Shown: one piece after another, positions 12,401 to 25,925 of the stretch
Layout of the letters: each line of letters starts with the position of its first letter
Numbering within the stretch: the first letter of the stretch is position 1
Assembly (NCBI GenBank): GCA_015680685.1
Contig: MNCI01002316.1
Span: 96,468-160,467 of the forward strand
DNA length: 64,000 nucleotides
Direction: 5' to 3'
From: Gnetum montanum
Taxonomy: Eukaryota; Plantae; Gnetophyta
Program-made: the position numbers and the translations under genes
The notes under the pieces: generated by a model
The model's input: only the letters and a program-made list of their open reading frames with translations
Database searches by the model: none
What the model was told of the DNA's origin: nothing

Positions 12401-15400
12401 CTCAGTTATTATTTCTACTTTTTTGTGTTTGTTTTGACAGGCTTTTCAGGGTCTCACAATTTATTGTTGTTTTTTTTTAAATGGAATAGTAGATCAATGT
12501 TACATATATGCTTAGTTATTGTTTTTCATTAATCAAACTAAGAGATGTATGTTTCTGGTATCCAAATAAAATTGTTAGTATAAAACATCCATATCCATTT
12601 AGTTTTTATGCATATACCACTTTTCTTTAACAGGCATTGTTCTCCTTAAATTATGAATTCCTGAATTTTCATAAATTCATGGATAACAAGAATCTTAATT
12701 TGGGCCAGCTAATTAACAATCCTTGAAAGCAGTGACTTTAAGGTGTAGAAGCACAGTAAGCCCTTATCGAGGATTAGTTTTTAAATTCTAGGAAACACCC
12801 TTTCCGTATGAATTGGGTCTATTCTTACATATAATACTCACACAATAGTTGCTGGACTTTCATGCAACCTATTTGTACTTAAGCTCATTGGCTCTATTTA
12901 ACTATTGGTTTTGTAATCCTTCTTTCTTGCATCTCATGGACTTGACCATAGCCTGTCCATTATTTCTTTAAGTACTAATCCATCATAGCCTTTAAACTTG
13001 TGTCTAAGGCCCAATATGGAGTCCAGATTAAGTTCTGAATTGATAGATGCTACTAAAGGGAAAGGCAAAGCCATATGCAAAAAAGAAGAGATTCATAAAA
13101 TGGCAGAGGTCAATAGAGCTTTTGCAGATTACGTTTAATCCATGATCCATAAGAAAGAAGGATTGAACTTACATCTAACTAAGATCTATGTCTTAGTTAG
13201 ATTAGAAAAAAAAATGGATAAAAGTCTATGTATGCTACACACGTGACCATCCTCTTAATCTTCATAGAAATTGAACTTGAGAAATGTTTTGTTTTACATT
13301 TGCTAAACAACTAAAATCTATGATTATTTACGGGTGGTAGGTCAGTGTATATATACCTAAGATCTTTACTCTTGGTCACCATGCACTTGGAATGGTTGAA
13401 AAGTTCTTGATGACTACTGCCTAAATTTCAGAAAAATTGCCATCAAATTTGAAATGTTGTTATTCTTCTTTTGCAAAATTTCTTGGTGTTGATTTAGGAC
13501 AATAACAGTAGATCAGCAATGAAAATGCAGTAAATCATGGACAAATATCATTTAACACTATTAAAGCCAGCATGCAAAATCCAAGAAATTTTTCTCTTCT
13601 AACTCATTTTTGTTAAAGAAAAGCTTTTAGAAAAAAAAAACTTGTAGCTTTTGGCTTGCTGCTTGAAAAAATAATGTTTATAATTTAATTATTGATAGTG
13701 GATTTGAAAACCGAACTAAGAGACATGCCTTTTTTTACATTAGCAAAATTGTCAGTATAAGGAAAACATCCATAAACATTCTAGTTTTTATGCATATTCC
13801 AGTTTTCATTCATAAATGCGATTTAGTTTGGTGGTTGGAACTTGCTTGCTGGTAAAGGTCATTGGTCACAAGTTTTGGCTTTCTCCGCCTAAGATCTCTG
13901 TGGTGGGGCAAAATGTGTTTATAAGCATGCTTCTTTATGATGGTGAAACACAATCCAACAAGTACAAAGGATCCTCTGTTGTACTTTAATGTGAGTTCAC
14001 CTTAGCAATGCGCATTTTTTCAAACTTTTACCAAATTGCTGACAAAATATTGCAATTGAATGCAGAGCAGGACCAGATGTTTGGCTGATGTTTGTGGCGC
14101 ATTGCATTGTGATGCGGTGGATTCTTCCAGACTTCCTAAGTCAAAATGCAATGCTGCTGCTGTGGATAGGAATCGTCATCTGTGTGAGGTGTGCATGAAT
14201 TTATGGTTCGATGCCATAAAACCCCTAATGTTTACTAATGATGAGCAATTCTCATGTGTCAATTTTGATAACCTAAAAACGCTTTGGTACAGAGTCTAGC
14301 AATTAGTTGCTTCCCACCAAAAGAAAGTTCTTCAGCAAGGCGGCTTCATGGTAACCTTTTCTTAGTTTTGCTTATAGCTTTTGTGTTGTACTCATCTTTC
14401 TGATGAATACACGAAAATTATATTTTTAAAATAGTTTTTTTTTTAAATTTATGTCAGATTACTATCTTTCTTATACGATAATAGGAATATTAAGAATAAT
14501 TTGAATGTAGATTTCATAGGTCAATAGTTTGGATTATAAACTGGTAAATAGTGTGGTGGGTTAACTGTAGGAAAAAGCAATATTTATGTAGATGCATACA
14601 CATGTTCCTCACTTTCTGACTTCTCAGTTAATGGGTTTCTGTTTGATAGGTCATTTGTCATCCTTAGTTTGTTAACTGACCTGCAAACAATTCTTAAAAA
14701 GTATATAATTTTCTTTCCCCGAAGAAAGTCAACTGTAGGGTTGGATTCTTGGTAGTGGCAAGGCATCTCAGGGTTAGTAGCACACCCCCTACCTACACAA
14801 CAACAGGGTAGATGTAGTCTACAAACAAAAAGGGTCCCACCACAAGGTTACTTCACGACTGCCACACCTGGAAGCGTAGGCAAGAATCAAACCCATAATC
14901 TCTCAACTGAGAAATGAGTGTTTTGACCCCTTGCCCTACACCCTGGGTGCAGTCAGTCAACCAATTCTGACCTAACAGTCAAAGGACAGTTATTTTCTTT
15001 CATGGCCATTCCTTTTTAAAGGGAAACCCTAGTGTTGCAGGGGTAAGCTGTTCTGACAAACATACTAACACTTGTTACAATGGTAACAGGCAAGCACTAC
15101 ATAAGTACGTTGAATGTTACATAACCCTGTTAAGACTAAGAAGCTTTTTAAGGGAAATTTGTACCTGGGTGCACCAAAAGTTTCCTAAATATGAAGATTG
15201 CAAAATGCAATTCCGGTTCATAGAACACTAGACCTTGCTCGAAGTTCATCAGACCAAGACCCATAAAGGTAGGAAAGGCCCATTGATTCTGGAGATAACA
15301 CTTCCGGGTTTTCGTAGTCTCACCTATGGGGCACGGAAAAAATTCATGTTTTGCGTTCTTTTAGAAGCATCCTTTCAGGTTTTTGCTTTCTAGTTAAGGT

Positions 15401-16297
15401 TGCATGTCAACTAACTATATATCGTTCATAAATTAGATAACCAGTAATAGTCCATGAAGTTGTGAACTTATGGGGTAAAGATGAAGTTTTGAATGCCCAT
15501 AATTTTATCTTTTACAGATGAACTGTAAAAAACTACAAGTTACAATGTGCATGATCACATTTTTGTTTATCCTTTATGAAACCACTGCAGCTATCTATTT
15601 TGGACCTCTAACTATTTCTCTACTGGAAACTAATGGAATATCAAACTGGATTCCCGTGACGAAGATATGATACTTATTTTGGAGTCTTTGGATGATATAT
15701 GCGTGCTAGTTTTTAATGTTTGTTGCACATGTTAGTTGAGGAGCATCATATGTTGCAGTATCGAACAAGACTATTTATTTTACAATCAGAATTACATATG
15801 GCATTTTTTCTCTCTTTTTGGCTCGATGTTCAACATGGTAATCATCACTTTTTGTAGATTTTTTCCTCAGGCAATTTTGTGATGCTCATACATGCAGTAA
15901 GGACAAGAAACCATTTGCAAGAGGCAGCAGGGTATGTTAAACTACTTGGGTTTTAAATTACCCCTTTAATGTGGTGCTAGAGTTAACACATCAGACATTC
16001 TCTTGCAGAAGAAACACAACGTGCTATACTATGTCGTCTGCAGCTTGTTAGTAATTATGCTGCCACTTTTTTATGTCATAGTATATTTCCGTCAAAGGTA
16101 ATGCCTCCTGTCTTTGTTTGTTGTATGATTTTTTCCCAACAAGAATTTCATTATCCGTTTGAGGATGACCACATGCTTGATAATATTTCATATTTAAAAA
16201 GCATGATCCATCTTTTTTCTTTTACAGGGAATTTGCGAAAAATGTGGTACATATGAAACGTATCTCAAAGACAACTAAAAAACCAAAACCCTATTAA
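9458..16297 (+). CDS. C2H2-like zinc-finger membrane protein (At5g63280/At5g40710 family), 9 exons, 265 aa
   Basis: Exons 9458-9523, 11210-11235, 11741-11822, 11917-12126, 14066-14188, 14293-14350, 15858-15931, 16009-16097, 16228-16297. All introns are GT-AG, phases are consistent, and the total is 798 nt ending in TAA. Translation: hydrophobic N-terminus [19 protein letters not shown]; [45 protein letters not shown]; [24 protein letters not shown] (CxxC..HxxxxH); [12 protein letters not shown]; [12 protein letters not shown]; TM segment [23 protein letters not shown]; tail [13 protein letters not shown]. Motifs match my recollection of the family. Confidence 0.92.
14734..14954 (-). mobile_element. 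Probable SINE in intron 6 of the C2H2 gene
   Basis: Minus-strand B-box-like GGGTTTGATTCTTG and a degenerate A box; possible TSD AGTCAAC at 14727-14733 and 14955-14961. Confidence 0.45.
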
Positions 16298-19200
16298 GAG
16301 AGACACGTGTAATTCAGTGTATGCTTTAATCGTAATCTTGGCTTCTCAGCACCAACCACTTCACCATTTGAATAATGACTCTAACGATGCTTATAACCAA
16401 GCATCATCTGGTTCTTTTGTAATTCAAAATCTCTCTTGACTGTGGTTTCCTTTGCAGTGGTCTCAAGCAGATTTCAGGTATTTCATTGACTGAGTTGGAA
16501 TGTTCGGCTTTTGCAAGCGAATTCCCAACGTATCAAGTTTGTTTGTATTCCAGAGTATAAAGCAAAGCCTATTGAAAGAGTTATTTATAAAGCAAAATGT
16601 AAAATATGTATGATTCTACAAATTTTGACCCTTTACCCTTCATAATCACTTGGGTACCATGAATTGTGCTATTGTGCTTATTGTTTTATTTGTGGATGGT
16701 ATTGACGGTTAAGGATAGGCCCGCATACAGCAATGAGCGGAAAAGAGAGAGATAAAAGGTCATTAAAAATGCATGATAACTCTTTTTTTTGACACAAACA
16801 CACCGTAGGGAATTCACGTCACATTCCAATTAAATAGATGCATGTTTCTTTAGATCTACTTTTTATGTTTTGTAAGTTATTTAATATCTTCACTATGTTG
16901 TCTTTTTAATAGTTTTATGTTTTTAAAGTTATTTAAAAAGCCTTACAATGTATTATTATTTTAATATCTGGACAGGGTGAATTTTTATAAAACTTGAATC
17001 GTTTCTACAAGGTTAATGGAATCTTGAATTATTTTATTTCAAAATATTATGCAAGGAGATTTCGTGCATATTTTCAATTTTAGGGGTTGTTAAGATGAAT
17101 GATAAACCACTCTAAAACAAGAACCAACTTTAAGAGAGCCTTGGGGTTACAAATTGATGTCCACGTTATTTGTAACCAATAGAAGAAAAAGAGAGGCAAA
17201 TAGCATTCTTTCATCAATAGCTAATAAAACAACTTCAATAAGCATCCAACATTTAATACTCGTCAAAGAAAGTTTATATTATTTTGAAAACCTACCACAT
17301 AGAATCAGAATTGGATTGAGCTAGTGATGGAGCATTTCATAACATAGTCAAATGTAGTGTATGTTGTATTTTGATACCATGAAAAAGGAATCAATGAGGG
17401 GAGGTAGGCATATTATTCCCTTAGCTACATTGAGTTTATTGAATATGTTTTTTAGTTTTGATTTGCTCATCAAATAAGGAAGTAGTGTTTATATGTTTTA
17501 AGCTTACCAACATTTGATCTTTCTTGAGTGGTTTCTGTCTCTTTATATAGGATCATCACCTAGAGGTTCAATGCTTATCTTGCCAAGGTCTTGGGAGTAG
17601 TAGTAGATGAGCAAAAGCCTAACCTACTAATGAGAAAAACTTTTGAAGATGAACCAATTATGATATGGAGCTTCTTAAGGCATAGAGTTTTATTTCTTAT
17701 TTGGAAGCATAGGAGATATGGTCTAAAGAAGTTGCAATTTTCTTCTAAAATTAAGCTTCAAAGATATTCTCAAATATGAGAGTATCTATTTTAGCTCTTT
17801 CATCATTTTTTTTCAAGATTTAAGTTGATAGAATTTTGCACCATACACTTCCTCTTCCATGTAGAAGAGTGTTTAAAAGTAGCTCTTGGCTATGATGTCA
17901 TGTAATTTTTAATTGTAATTAATTAATAAAGTTTATGATGGGGTTTTGTTGCCAATGATTAGTAATTGTGTTGCACTAAATAATTCAACCATTGTAATTT
18001 TTAAAAAATTCTATGGAAATTTAAATAGAAACAAGCTAGCCCTATAATTTTAAGATTCATAGCACCTATATAGTACTTAATAATCTAATTATTAATTTTC
18101 TAATTATATTAGTAGGACAATGAAGTTATAACCATAGGAGAGCCCTTGCCCTACCAAGGGGTTAGCCTAGTTCATTATGGGAAAAGTGACAAATGTTGAT
18201 AGAATTACTAAGTGTAAGATGGCTAGAACTTATAACTTATCACTAGACAAACTAATGAAAATATTAATTGAATTATAGTGTAGTTTATCATTCTAGTCAT
18301 TCTTGTGGAAACTACTAGACTTTACGCTATTGATTTCATGTAGGTGGTTGGCTTGTTGGGATTGATATTATGAGTATATAAACCTCTAACCATTCTTAGG
18401 TAGAACTTGAAACATATTAGTGTCTCAACATATCCCTATGCTTCTACGGGTTGGTGGAATAACAATTACAGTACCAAGATTTGAACCCAATATCTTCAAA
18501 TACAACATTATCTATCTAATCAACAAAAAATGCTCAATTTTCATTTTAAAAATTCCCTCAAAGATAGTTCAATAATCATGTAAGAAATTGCTATAGGGTT
18601 ATTGTAACTGTTACTCGGCAATTGTAATTTGGAGATGTCCAAGTAGTTAGCAAGTCATTGTTTTACATAGCTTAATAAAGTAATTCTAAGAAGTATAGCT
18701 CATTTTGTTTTTAATTTGAAGTAAACATATGACAACCTTGAGCCTCCTTACCTGTACAATTTCCACCCCATTGATCCTCACCAACCCATTCCCCTCCATC
18801 TCCCTCTTAGCCACTAAGCTCCACTATTGCTCCTATGTATCTCAAAAGCTTAGAAATCCCTCAGGTCCTTTACTCATTGAAGATCATGCATCCAAATGTT
18901 GCACCATAAACAATTCTAAGTTTTTGACAAAATAGCTAGGCCTTTCAACTCCTACTACCCTTCTCAAATAATTGACTTTCTTCCAAGCCTCACCTTTTCT
19001 GAGGACCAACCTAGCCTTCCCCTTCACCCTGATGATGTCCCTACTTGCAACCACTACTTGGAGCTCTAGCTAATTAGAAAACATTATAGAATATGAGAGT
19101 TAACATTGGTTAACTTTCTTCTACCACTTGCAACTGTTGCCTTTGCACCTTGTCCATTGCTTTTACTATCACATCCCATAGGGACTCAAAATTTTATTTG

Positions 19201-20502
19201 GTTCCTACCATAGCTATTTTTTCTTCTTGCAACTACATGATGCATTGATGTTCCTTGTGCCTTCTTTCTTGCACTCATCAATGAATGCACAACATGTTTA
19301 GCAAGTTAGCATTTGTTGTACTAGAAAAACTTATGATGTGATTCTTTCTTTCATGTTTTTTCAATGTCTATGATGACTATGAAATAGTGTTTTCCTTATA
19401 TCCATGGAAAAAAGGAAAAACATTCTTTTTTGAGACTAAGGTTTGCTAGAAAACTAGCAAGCAAAAATGGTTTATGCTAACAAAATATCAGAAAATGTAT
19501 ATATAGCAACTCAATTTTCCAATTAAATGTATAGTATCTTTAAAGTATTTTTTATTTTATACCATAACTTTCCACTTAGTGTTAAGTATGTGATGTACTC
19601 TGAATATTTTTTGCTTCTTATCAATATTATTTTTGGAGTTTGACAACCCTCCATCACCTTCGACAACTCCTGATCTATAAGAGAAGACATAAGATAGGCT
19701 TCAACTCAAATGACAAGTGGGGGAAGGGGCATTGAACTTGAAATAATTTAACTATAAGTATTTAGGGAGGCGGGTCTCAGACTCCAAAAATAATATTAAT
19801 AATGAGACAAAAAAATGAAATTGCATCATATATATAACACTAAGTAGCAAATAGGAAAAACATGGAAAGTCAAAAAAACTTTCAAATTTGGGGATGTTTA
19901 CTAAAGTGTATAAACATAGAATTGAAATAATGCTTTGAAAAATCAAGAGAGGAAAATTAATTATATTAGGGAGAATGATTCTAGTCCTAATAACATTTGC
20001 ATCACATTCACAATTCATGCTTGAACTTAAATAGCAAAAGAATTCTAGGTAGCAATAGAAAGGTTTGGTGAATTTAACTATAAGTATAAACCAAGACATA
20101 TAGTCAATACAGTACATTAAAAGAATTTTAAATGAATATGATGATACCTTGAGTGTGACTACTTGAGCCTATAAAGGAATACAGTAATAAGAATATATCT
20201 TCTAACGTATCATATTGGCTATATATCTTGGGATGTACTTATAGTGATAAGATACTTTATTTGAATGCACAAGTCATGGGTTTGATCCTAGTGGGCAATG
20301 CTAAGTTATAAAGTTCTAACTGGACTATATATGTTAGGGTGTACCTATATCATAATTATTATAGGGTTCCAAAACCCCCCTCCCCTCCCCTCCCACATGC
20401 TCTTACCCACCCACCACCACCATAGCCCCCCCTTCCATATGTCCTCCCTCCTTTAAAAAAATTATTTTTAGTTGTAACATCACCTTTCTAAATAATATGC
20501 AA

Positions 20503-20658
20503 AACAATGAGGTGTTAGCCTAGCGGTAAGACTTTTGATTTAAAATTTTTAAGTCATGGGTTTGATTTTGGGAAGCAATGGTGAGTTATAAAGTTCTAAT
20601 TAGGCTATATATCTTAGGGTGTTCCTATATCACAATTATTTTAGGGTTCCAATACCCC
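20503..20658 (+). mobile_element. tRNA-derived SINE-like module (family also at about 20244-20376, 32711-32865, 3322-3440, 2278-2340, 57853-57970)
   Basis: A-box-like TAGCCTAGCGGTAAG, B-box-like GGGTTTGATT/GGGTTCAATT, and a shared body CAATG.TAAGTTATAAAGTTCTAATTAG.CTATATATCTT.GGGTGT. Confidence 0.6.
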
Positions 20659-21149
20659 TAGATAATAAGCATACTTCAATTTAAAGCATTAAAAAATTTG
20701 CTCAATTCTCAAGAATGGGTTGTCAAAACTATAACTAGATGGCCATATATTGAACATAAAGTTATGAAATAAAGTTCTTTCTTAATAAAATAAAATAACA
20801 TATAATTTGAAAAATACACAATGAAGTATTAATGTTTCTATATCATTGGAAGGGCTTGGACAAAATTCAATAATATGTTTAACCAACATTAAAAATGCAT
20901 CCTCTTTTCTTGGCACATATTTCTTCCTCCACATGTATTCAAGAAGATATGAATCATGTAACTATTGCCTTCAACCATTTTGTGGAATGCTAGCTTTTAC
21001 TACTTGCTGATAAATACTTGTAAGTGGGTCTTTAAAATGCAATGAATCATTGATCATCTTATGATTAAATTAAAGTTGATGAAGCCATTTTGAATTATAA
21101 ACCTTCTACATATTACTAAATGATAGAGTCAAGCTTAATCCATTAATAA

Positions 21150-21900
21150 ATGATTTAATGAAAAAACATGACATCCAAGTCCTTCATGCTAGGTATTATT
21201 CTCATTTTTTTCTACTTGTTGAGTTAGGCAATGCTTCATGGAGCAACATGCCTTAGATATATGGTATTTTATACATAAACATGCAACATTGATCATTCAT
21301 AAGTGGGCTCTAGATTTTGATGTTCAATATGGAGAATATGATAAAGATCTCTTGCATGAACTATGCAATCGCAATTACAAAGCCAAATCTCACCAACCAC
21401 TTGATTGCATCATTCTCAGCATTGTTACAATTGACATGCCCTTATTTTTCTACTCAAGATCAAGTATTTCCTTATTTTTAGATCATAGTAATGGCTATTG
21501 CTATGTTTTACTCAAGTTTCCTTTTCTTCTCTACTTTCCATTTTTAGTTTTGTTCACAATAGCATAAATATGATACTCCTCTGTACATTTTAGTAGCAAT
21601 CAATAAGAAGAATTCTCTATTCTCCCAATTTTATAAGTTCCATGTGTTGTTAAGTTATATAATCTTCTATTGATTTTTCAAAAAGCTAAGCAGAAAATTG
21701 TTAATCTTTATAGTTCCATTAATCATATGGAGTCTATTTCTACAACTTTTGATTTCTGTAAAAAAAAAATTTGTAGAAATTAATCTTCTCAATCATAAAA
21801 AGGAATTGGTATTACAAGTAGGGGGAAAGACTTATATTCAACTAATTACATATTCTAATCTTCCTAATTCTTACAACTTTTGCTATTATGAAGTGCATTT
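21150..21900. repeat. Decayed dispersed repeat (possibly Copia gag-protease) with an inverted homolog at 7875-8330
   Basis: 7875-8330 is the reverse complement of 21150-21340 plus 21637-21900, lacking the middle part. The TE identity is only tentative. Confidence 0.55.
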
Positions 21901-22381
21901 GCTTAATTCGTGTCCTTTTTTGCTCAAGAAAAATGATTCTAAAGAAAAGAAAAAATATGTTGAAGTTGAAGATATAAGAAATCAAGTTAATGTTAATGAC
22001 AAGAATGATCAAATAGTAATAAAGAATCTAGAGAAGATAAAAGCTCTTATGCAATTTTTTGAGGAAAAGTCTAGTCATTTATATAATGAGGATTGAACCC
22101 CAAATCAACAATTACAACAACAATATCATCATGGAGTCAAGAAGATCCTCTAGCAAAACAATGAACACCTAGATCATAAAGCCAACTGGGAACCAAACCA
22201 TTAGAAGGATCATGCGTGAGCTTTGCAAGGAGAATCCCAACCCTGTTTCCAACCAACGAAATAGCCGGAAACATTCTTAGAGTGTACCAAAACCACAAAC
22301 CAAAAAATAGTTATGCATAATATAATAAAGGTTATTTAAAATAGCATATCCTAGAAAGTAAAAGAGCATGTAATTTACTAG

Positions 22382-22418
22382 TGATGAGTGGCGAGGTACC
22401 CCTACACTCAACCATACG
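22382..22418 (-). mobile_element. Terminal 37 bp of an Athila-like LTR truncated at an assembly join
   Basis: Reverse complement of the LTR end at 61042-61078, immediately followed by N at 22419. Confidence 0.85.
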
Positions 22419-22419
22419 N

Positions 22420-24700
22420 CACCATGTTGGCTCATCTCACAATATGTTACAAGTGTTAAACATTGTCATTGAGCATTCATTGATGTTTTTCCATAATTGA
22501 AAGTTTATAAATGCTTTTGAGACATATTTATAGGGTGAGTTTAGACACTTTGCACAAAAAGTGTGATCATTTTGCTAGAGCCAAATCTCATAGGCAGCCT
22601 CTATCCATGATGAAATTTCATGCAAGTATCTATGATTGATGGACCCTTTTGTAATCATTACTCAACATTGGTCCCATGGGATCCTAGTCCACATGTGCAT
22701 GAATCAACCTACAATCTTTCTAAATAAACATTCCTTGAAATCTGTGTTTTCAATCTTCTTATAGCAAAGGATATACCAAGAGGCCATGGTGAAACCAGAT
22801 TGCTGGAGTTTTTCTTAAGTGAGAGCTAATAGCCAAGCAAAAAAAACTCACCTTTGGTCGATAATGCAACCTTCAAATAAGATCCCATCCCCTTACTTTG
22901 GTAAATGATTGCCTATAAAGACATGAAATCTACTATCTATGCTTTGTCAAAGTTAAATGCAAGGTATCTTTATGGGCTGAATTGGGGGGACTATATCCTT
23001 TAAGGATGTCAAGAGTTTTAGTGAATTGGTCATGTCTATTATCATCATGAAAGACTAAGATAATTCTCCACTACCCCTAATAAACATGTACCCAACGACC
23101 TTAGTACAATAGGATGATTACTTTAAAAAACATTTTCTTAATCATTTTCTAATGAATTTGTCCTACTAGAAGATCTTTTACTAAAATGTGTGCTTTTCCA
23201 AATTCCCAGCACTTAGGTAACTAAAATAAAATTCATCCTCTCCTAATGGTTGGATTTGGCTAGGCAAGTTTACAAATTAGGATAGCATATCCTAAGATAA
23301 TTGACCTAGGGCTTGTCTACCTAGGACCGAACCTCCTAAGACAACTTAGTAATCAAAATGCAAGCCCACCTCTTGAAGTCTTGAAGCCCATAGCCACTTT
23401 CATGAACTAGGAAAGATGCCTTATCCCAAGCTTTCAAATGAAATTAATGATTCTCTTCTCCACTAAACCAAAGAAAATTCCTTAAAATTTAATTAACTTG
23501 CAATACAAAGTGAGCTAGGGGGAAATCTGTGCACTATGAATGAGAATGTTTAAGAAGAGAGATTTATCTAGAGTCAACTTACTTGGGGAAGATAGAAACA
23601 TACCTCTATAGGAGTCCAAATTCTTTTGCATCTTTCCCAATAGTCCCTTCTAGCTATTGGCTTATTTATGTTTGCAGAATAGAGGCTGCCCTAGGTAGGT
23701 AGCTAGGAGTAAATTAATAGTACACCCAAAAATATATCTTATATGCTCAAATCTTTCTATCAAGCACCCCACATGGAAAAGCTTTATCTTGTTCCAATTG
23801 ACTTCAAGCCCTATTGATTGACAAAATTCATCCAACACATAGCACAAGGTGTCCCTAGGGAGAGTGCTCTCGCATGGATAGCGTGAGCAACCCCCAAGTA
23901 GAGTGAGCACCTTTCTAGCCTCAATGACATATGTTGGGAAAAAAACATTGTGTCATCTACATAATGAAAAGTATGAAGGTTCTAGGGAAATGGGGACATG
24001 CCATTCAACTATTTGATTCATCTACAGAGATTATCAATAACAATAGCAAAGAAATATGGTAATAAGGGGTTGCCTTGCTGAAGGCCCCACCCTAGGCAAA
24101 ATTACTAAGATATCTATCCATTTAGGAAAATTTGAGATCTAACCATAGCAAGCATGAAGTTCATCATCCCATAAAACTCTCTACAAAACCCCAACTCCTA
24201 TAAGATGAAAAGTAAGACATCCCAGTCCACCTTATCATATGCTTTTGATAAATCAAGTTTGATAAAGAAAATCTCCTATTTCTCTAGTACCAATAAAAAC
24301 TCTTATGCATATTTTTACTAGTAATAGAGAAAGTATTAAGTAGCCTAGACAAGTAGCTCATAAGATAAATTTTTCCTTATTTGACAAGAATACTATTAAC
24401 TTGAAGATTAAAATTAGTGTCAACAAGAAGGTTATAGTTGATGGTGAAGATTCTCAATGTAAGATCACTAACAAGTGCCAAGGTGAAGAACTTCCAAAAG
24501 TGGTACCACTTTCTTATTTTGATATAAATATTGATATTAAGCCACAACTCTCTATCTTGAATCCTTTTGCTATTTTAAGTTCAAACCATAGATGTTTAAA
24601 AGTGATGTAAATTTTGTTAGGACTAGGACCTTCCTCCCTACTAATAATTAATTTTCTTTGCTTATTTTTCAATGTATCAATTGTAAGGTTGTTTACCTAA
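22420..24700 (-). mobile_element. Degenerate L1-type LINE ORF2 (RT) remnant
   Basis: Minus-strand DLSKAYDKVDW (about 24260-24220), QGNPLLPYFF (about 24080-24050), HYVDDTMFF (about 23965-23940), YLGQPL (about 23700). Many stops. Confidence 0.75.
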
Positions 24701-25167
24701 GTAGATAGTTCTAAAATTGGAAAAAATTTTNAGTGTAATTGAACATTTGATTTTAAGCTTCTACTTACTCATTAGAGCATTTTCAACTCTAATCATACAT
24801 AATCATAAGTATTTTCTTTAATTCTAACTTTGATTTCATGAACCAAATCCCAAAACGAATGTTTTCCTTTTTATCACATCAAACGCATACAAATCTACAT
24901 CATTTTTTATTTGAATAATCTTTTTATTTTTTCATTATTGTTATAATTTAAACATAATTTTTCTTTGTACAAAAGTCCTAACTCATACTAATATCTTTTT
25001 AAAATTTATAAAATAATTAATAAATGATACAACTTGATAAAAAAAATACCATCTCAAATTAAAAATAGTGATAAAACACTATAAAAAATCTTATAAATAA
25101 ACATGAAAGAAAATAATGCAAAATGGTAGTAAATAATGTTTACAATTAAGCATGTTAGTATGTTCAA

Positions 25168-25925
25168 CATCATCATCATCATCCTAGCATTATCCCAACA
25201 AAATGGGGTTCACTACATGAGTTCTTTTTCACCATTTGCCTCTATGAAGAGCTAGGTCTTTTTTATTTGTAGTTTATTCATATCATCTTCAATTATTTTT
25301 TTCATGTGGCTTTTGGTATTTCTTTTGATGACTTTTTTCAAACAAAAATATGGCAATCCTTTTTTATAGACTCATTGTATGATTTTCTTTACACATGTTC
25401 AAACCATCTAAGCCACTATTCCTATCATATGAAATAAAAGTCACTCCAAGTCTTCTTTTAATGTTTGTATTATGTAGTTTATCTCTTTTGATAACATTCA
25501 ACATTCATCTAAGCATTTTCCTTTTTACCACACTAGTTTGTTGTTCATGCCTCTTTTGTCCTGCCTAACATTTAGCACCAAATAAGATTATAGGCCTAAT
25601 TATTTTCTTGTAAAATTTTCCCTTTATTTTTATTGGTATTCTTTTATAACATAGAACACAACTAGCCTATTTCCATTTTGATCATCTTCTCTTAGTTTTA
25701 TTTCTTGTATCTTTATCAGTTTCAACATCTACTTAGAGGCTTGATCCTAGGTAGTAAGATTATTTGTAATGAGGGACTTTTTGGCCTTGAATTAGTAGTT
25801 CTATTTCACCATTATTTATGTTATTAAAATTGCATTCTATATATTTTGTCTTACTTCTGCTAATTTTTAAGCCTTTTGATTCTAGAGCATGTCTCCACTT
25901 CTTCATTTTAGAAGCAATATCTTAT
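25168..25925 (-). mobile_element. Second 5'-truncated RTE copy of the same family
   Basis: Reverse-complement homolog of about 41700-42465, with (CAT)n tail at 25168-25183. Confidence 0.85.

Noticed and set aside
15020-15180. Au-SINE-like fragment
   Set aside because: The resemblance is weak and no boxes or TSD could be confirmed.
17100-17950. Possible L1 3' RNase H remnants here and at about 53050-53397
   Set aside because: Only faint motif traces (WIEL..DGAF; REG); too decayed to list as features.
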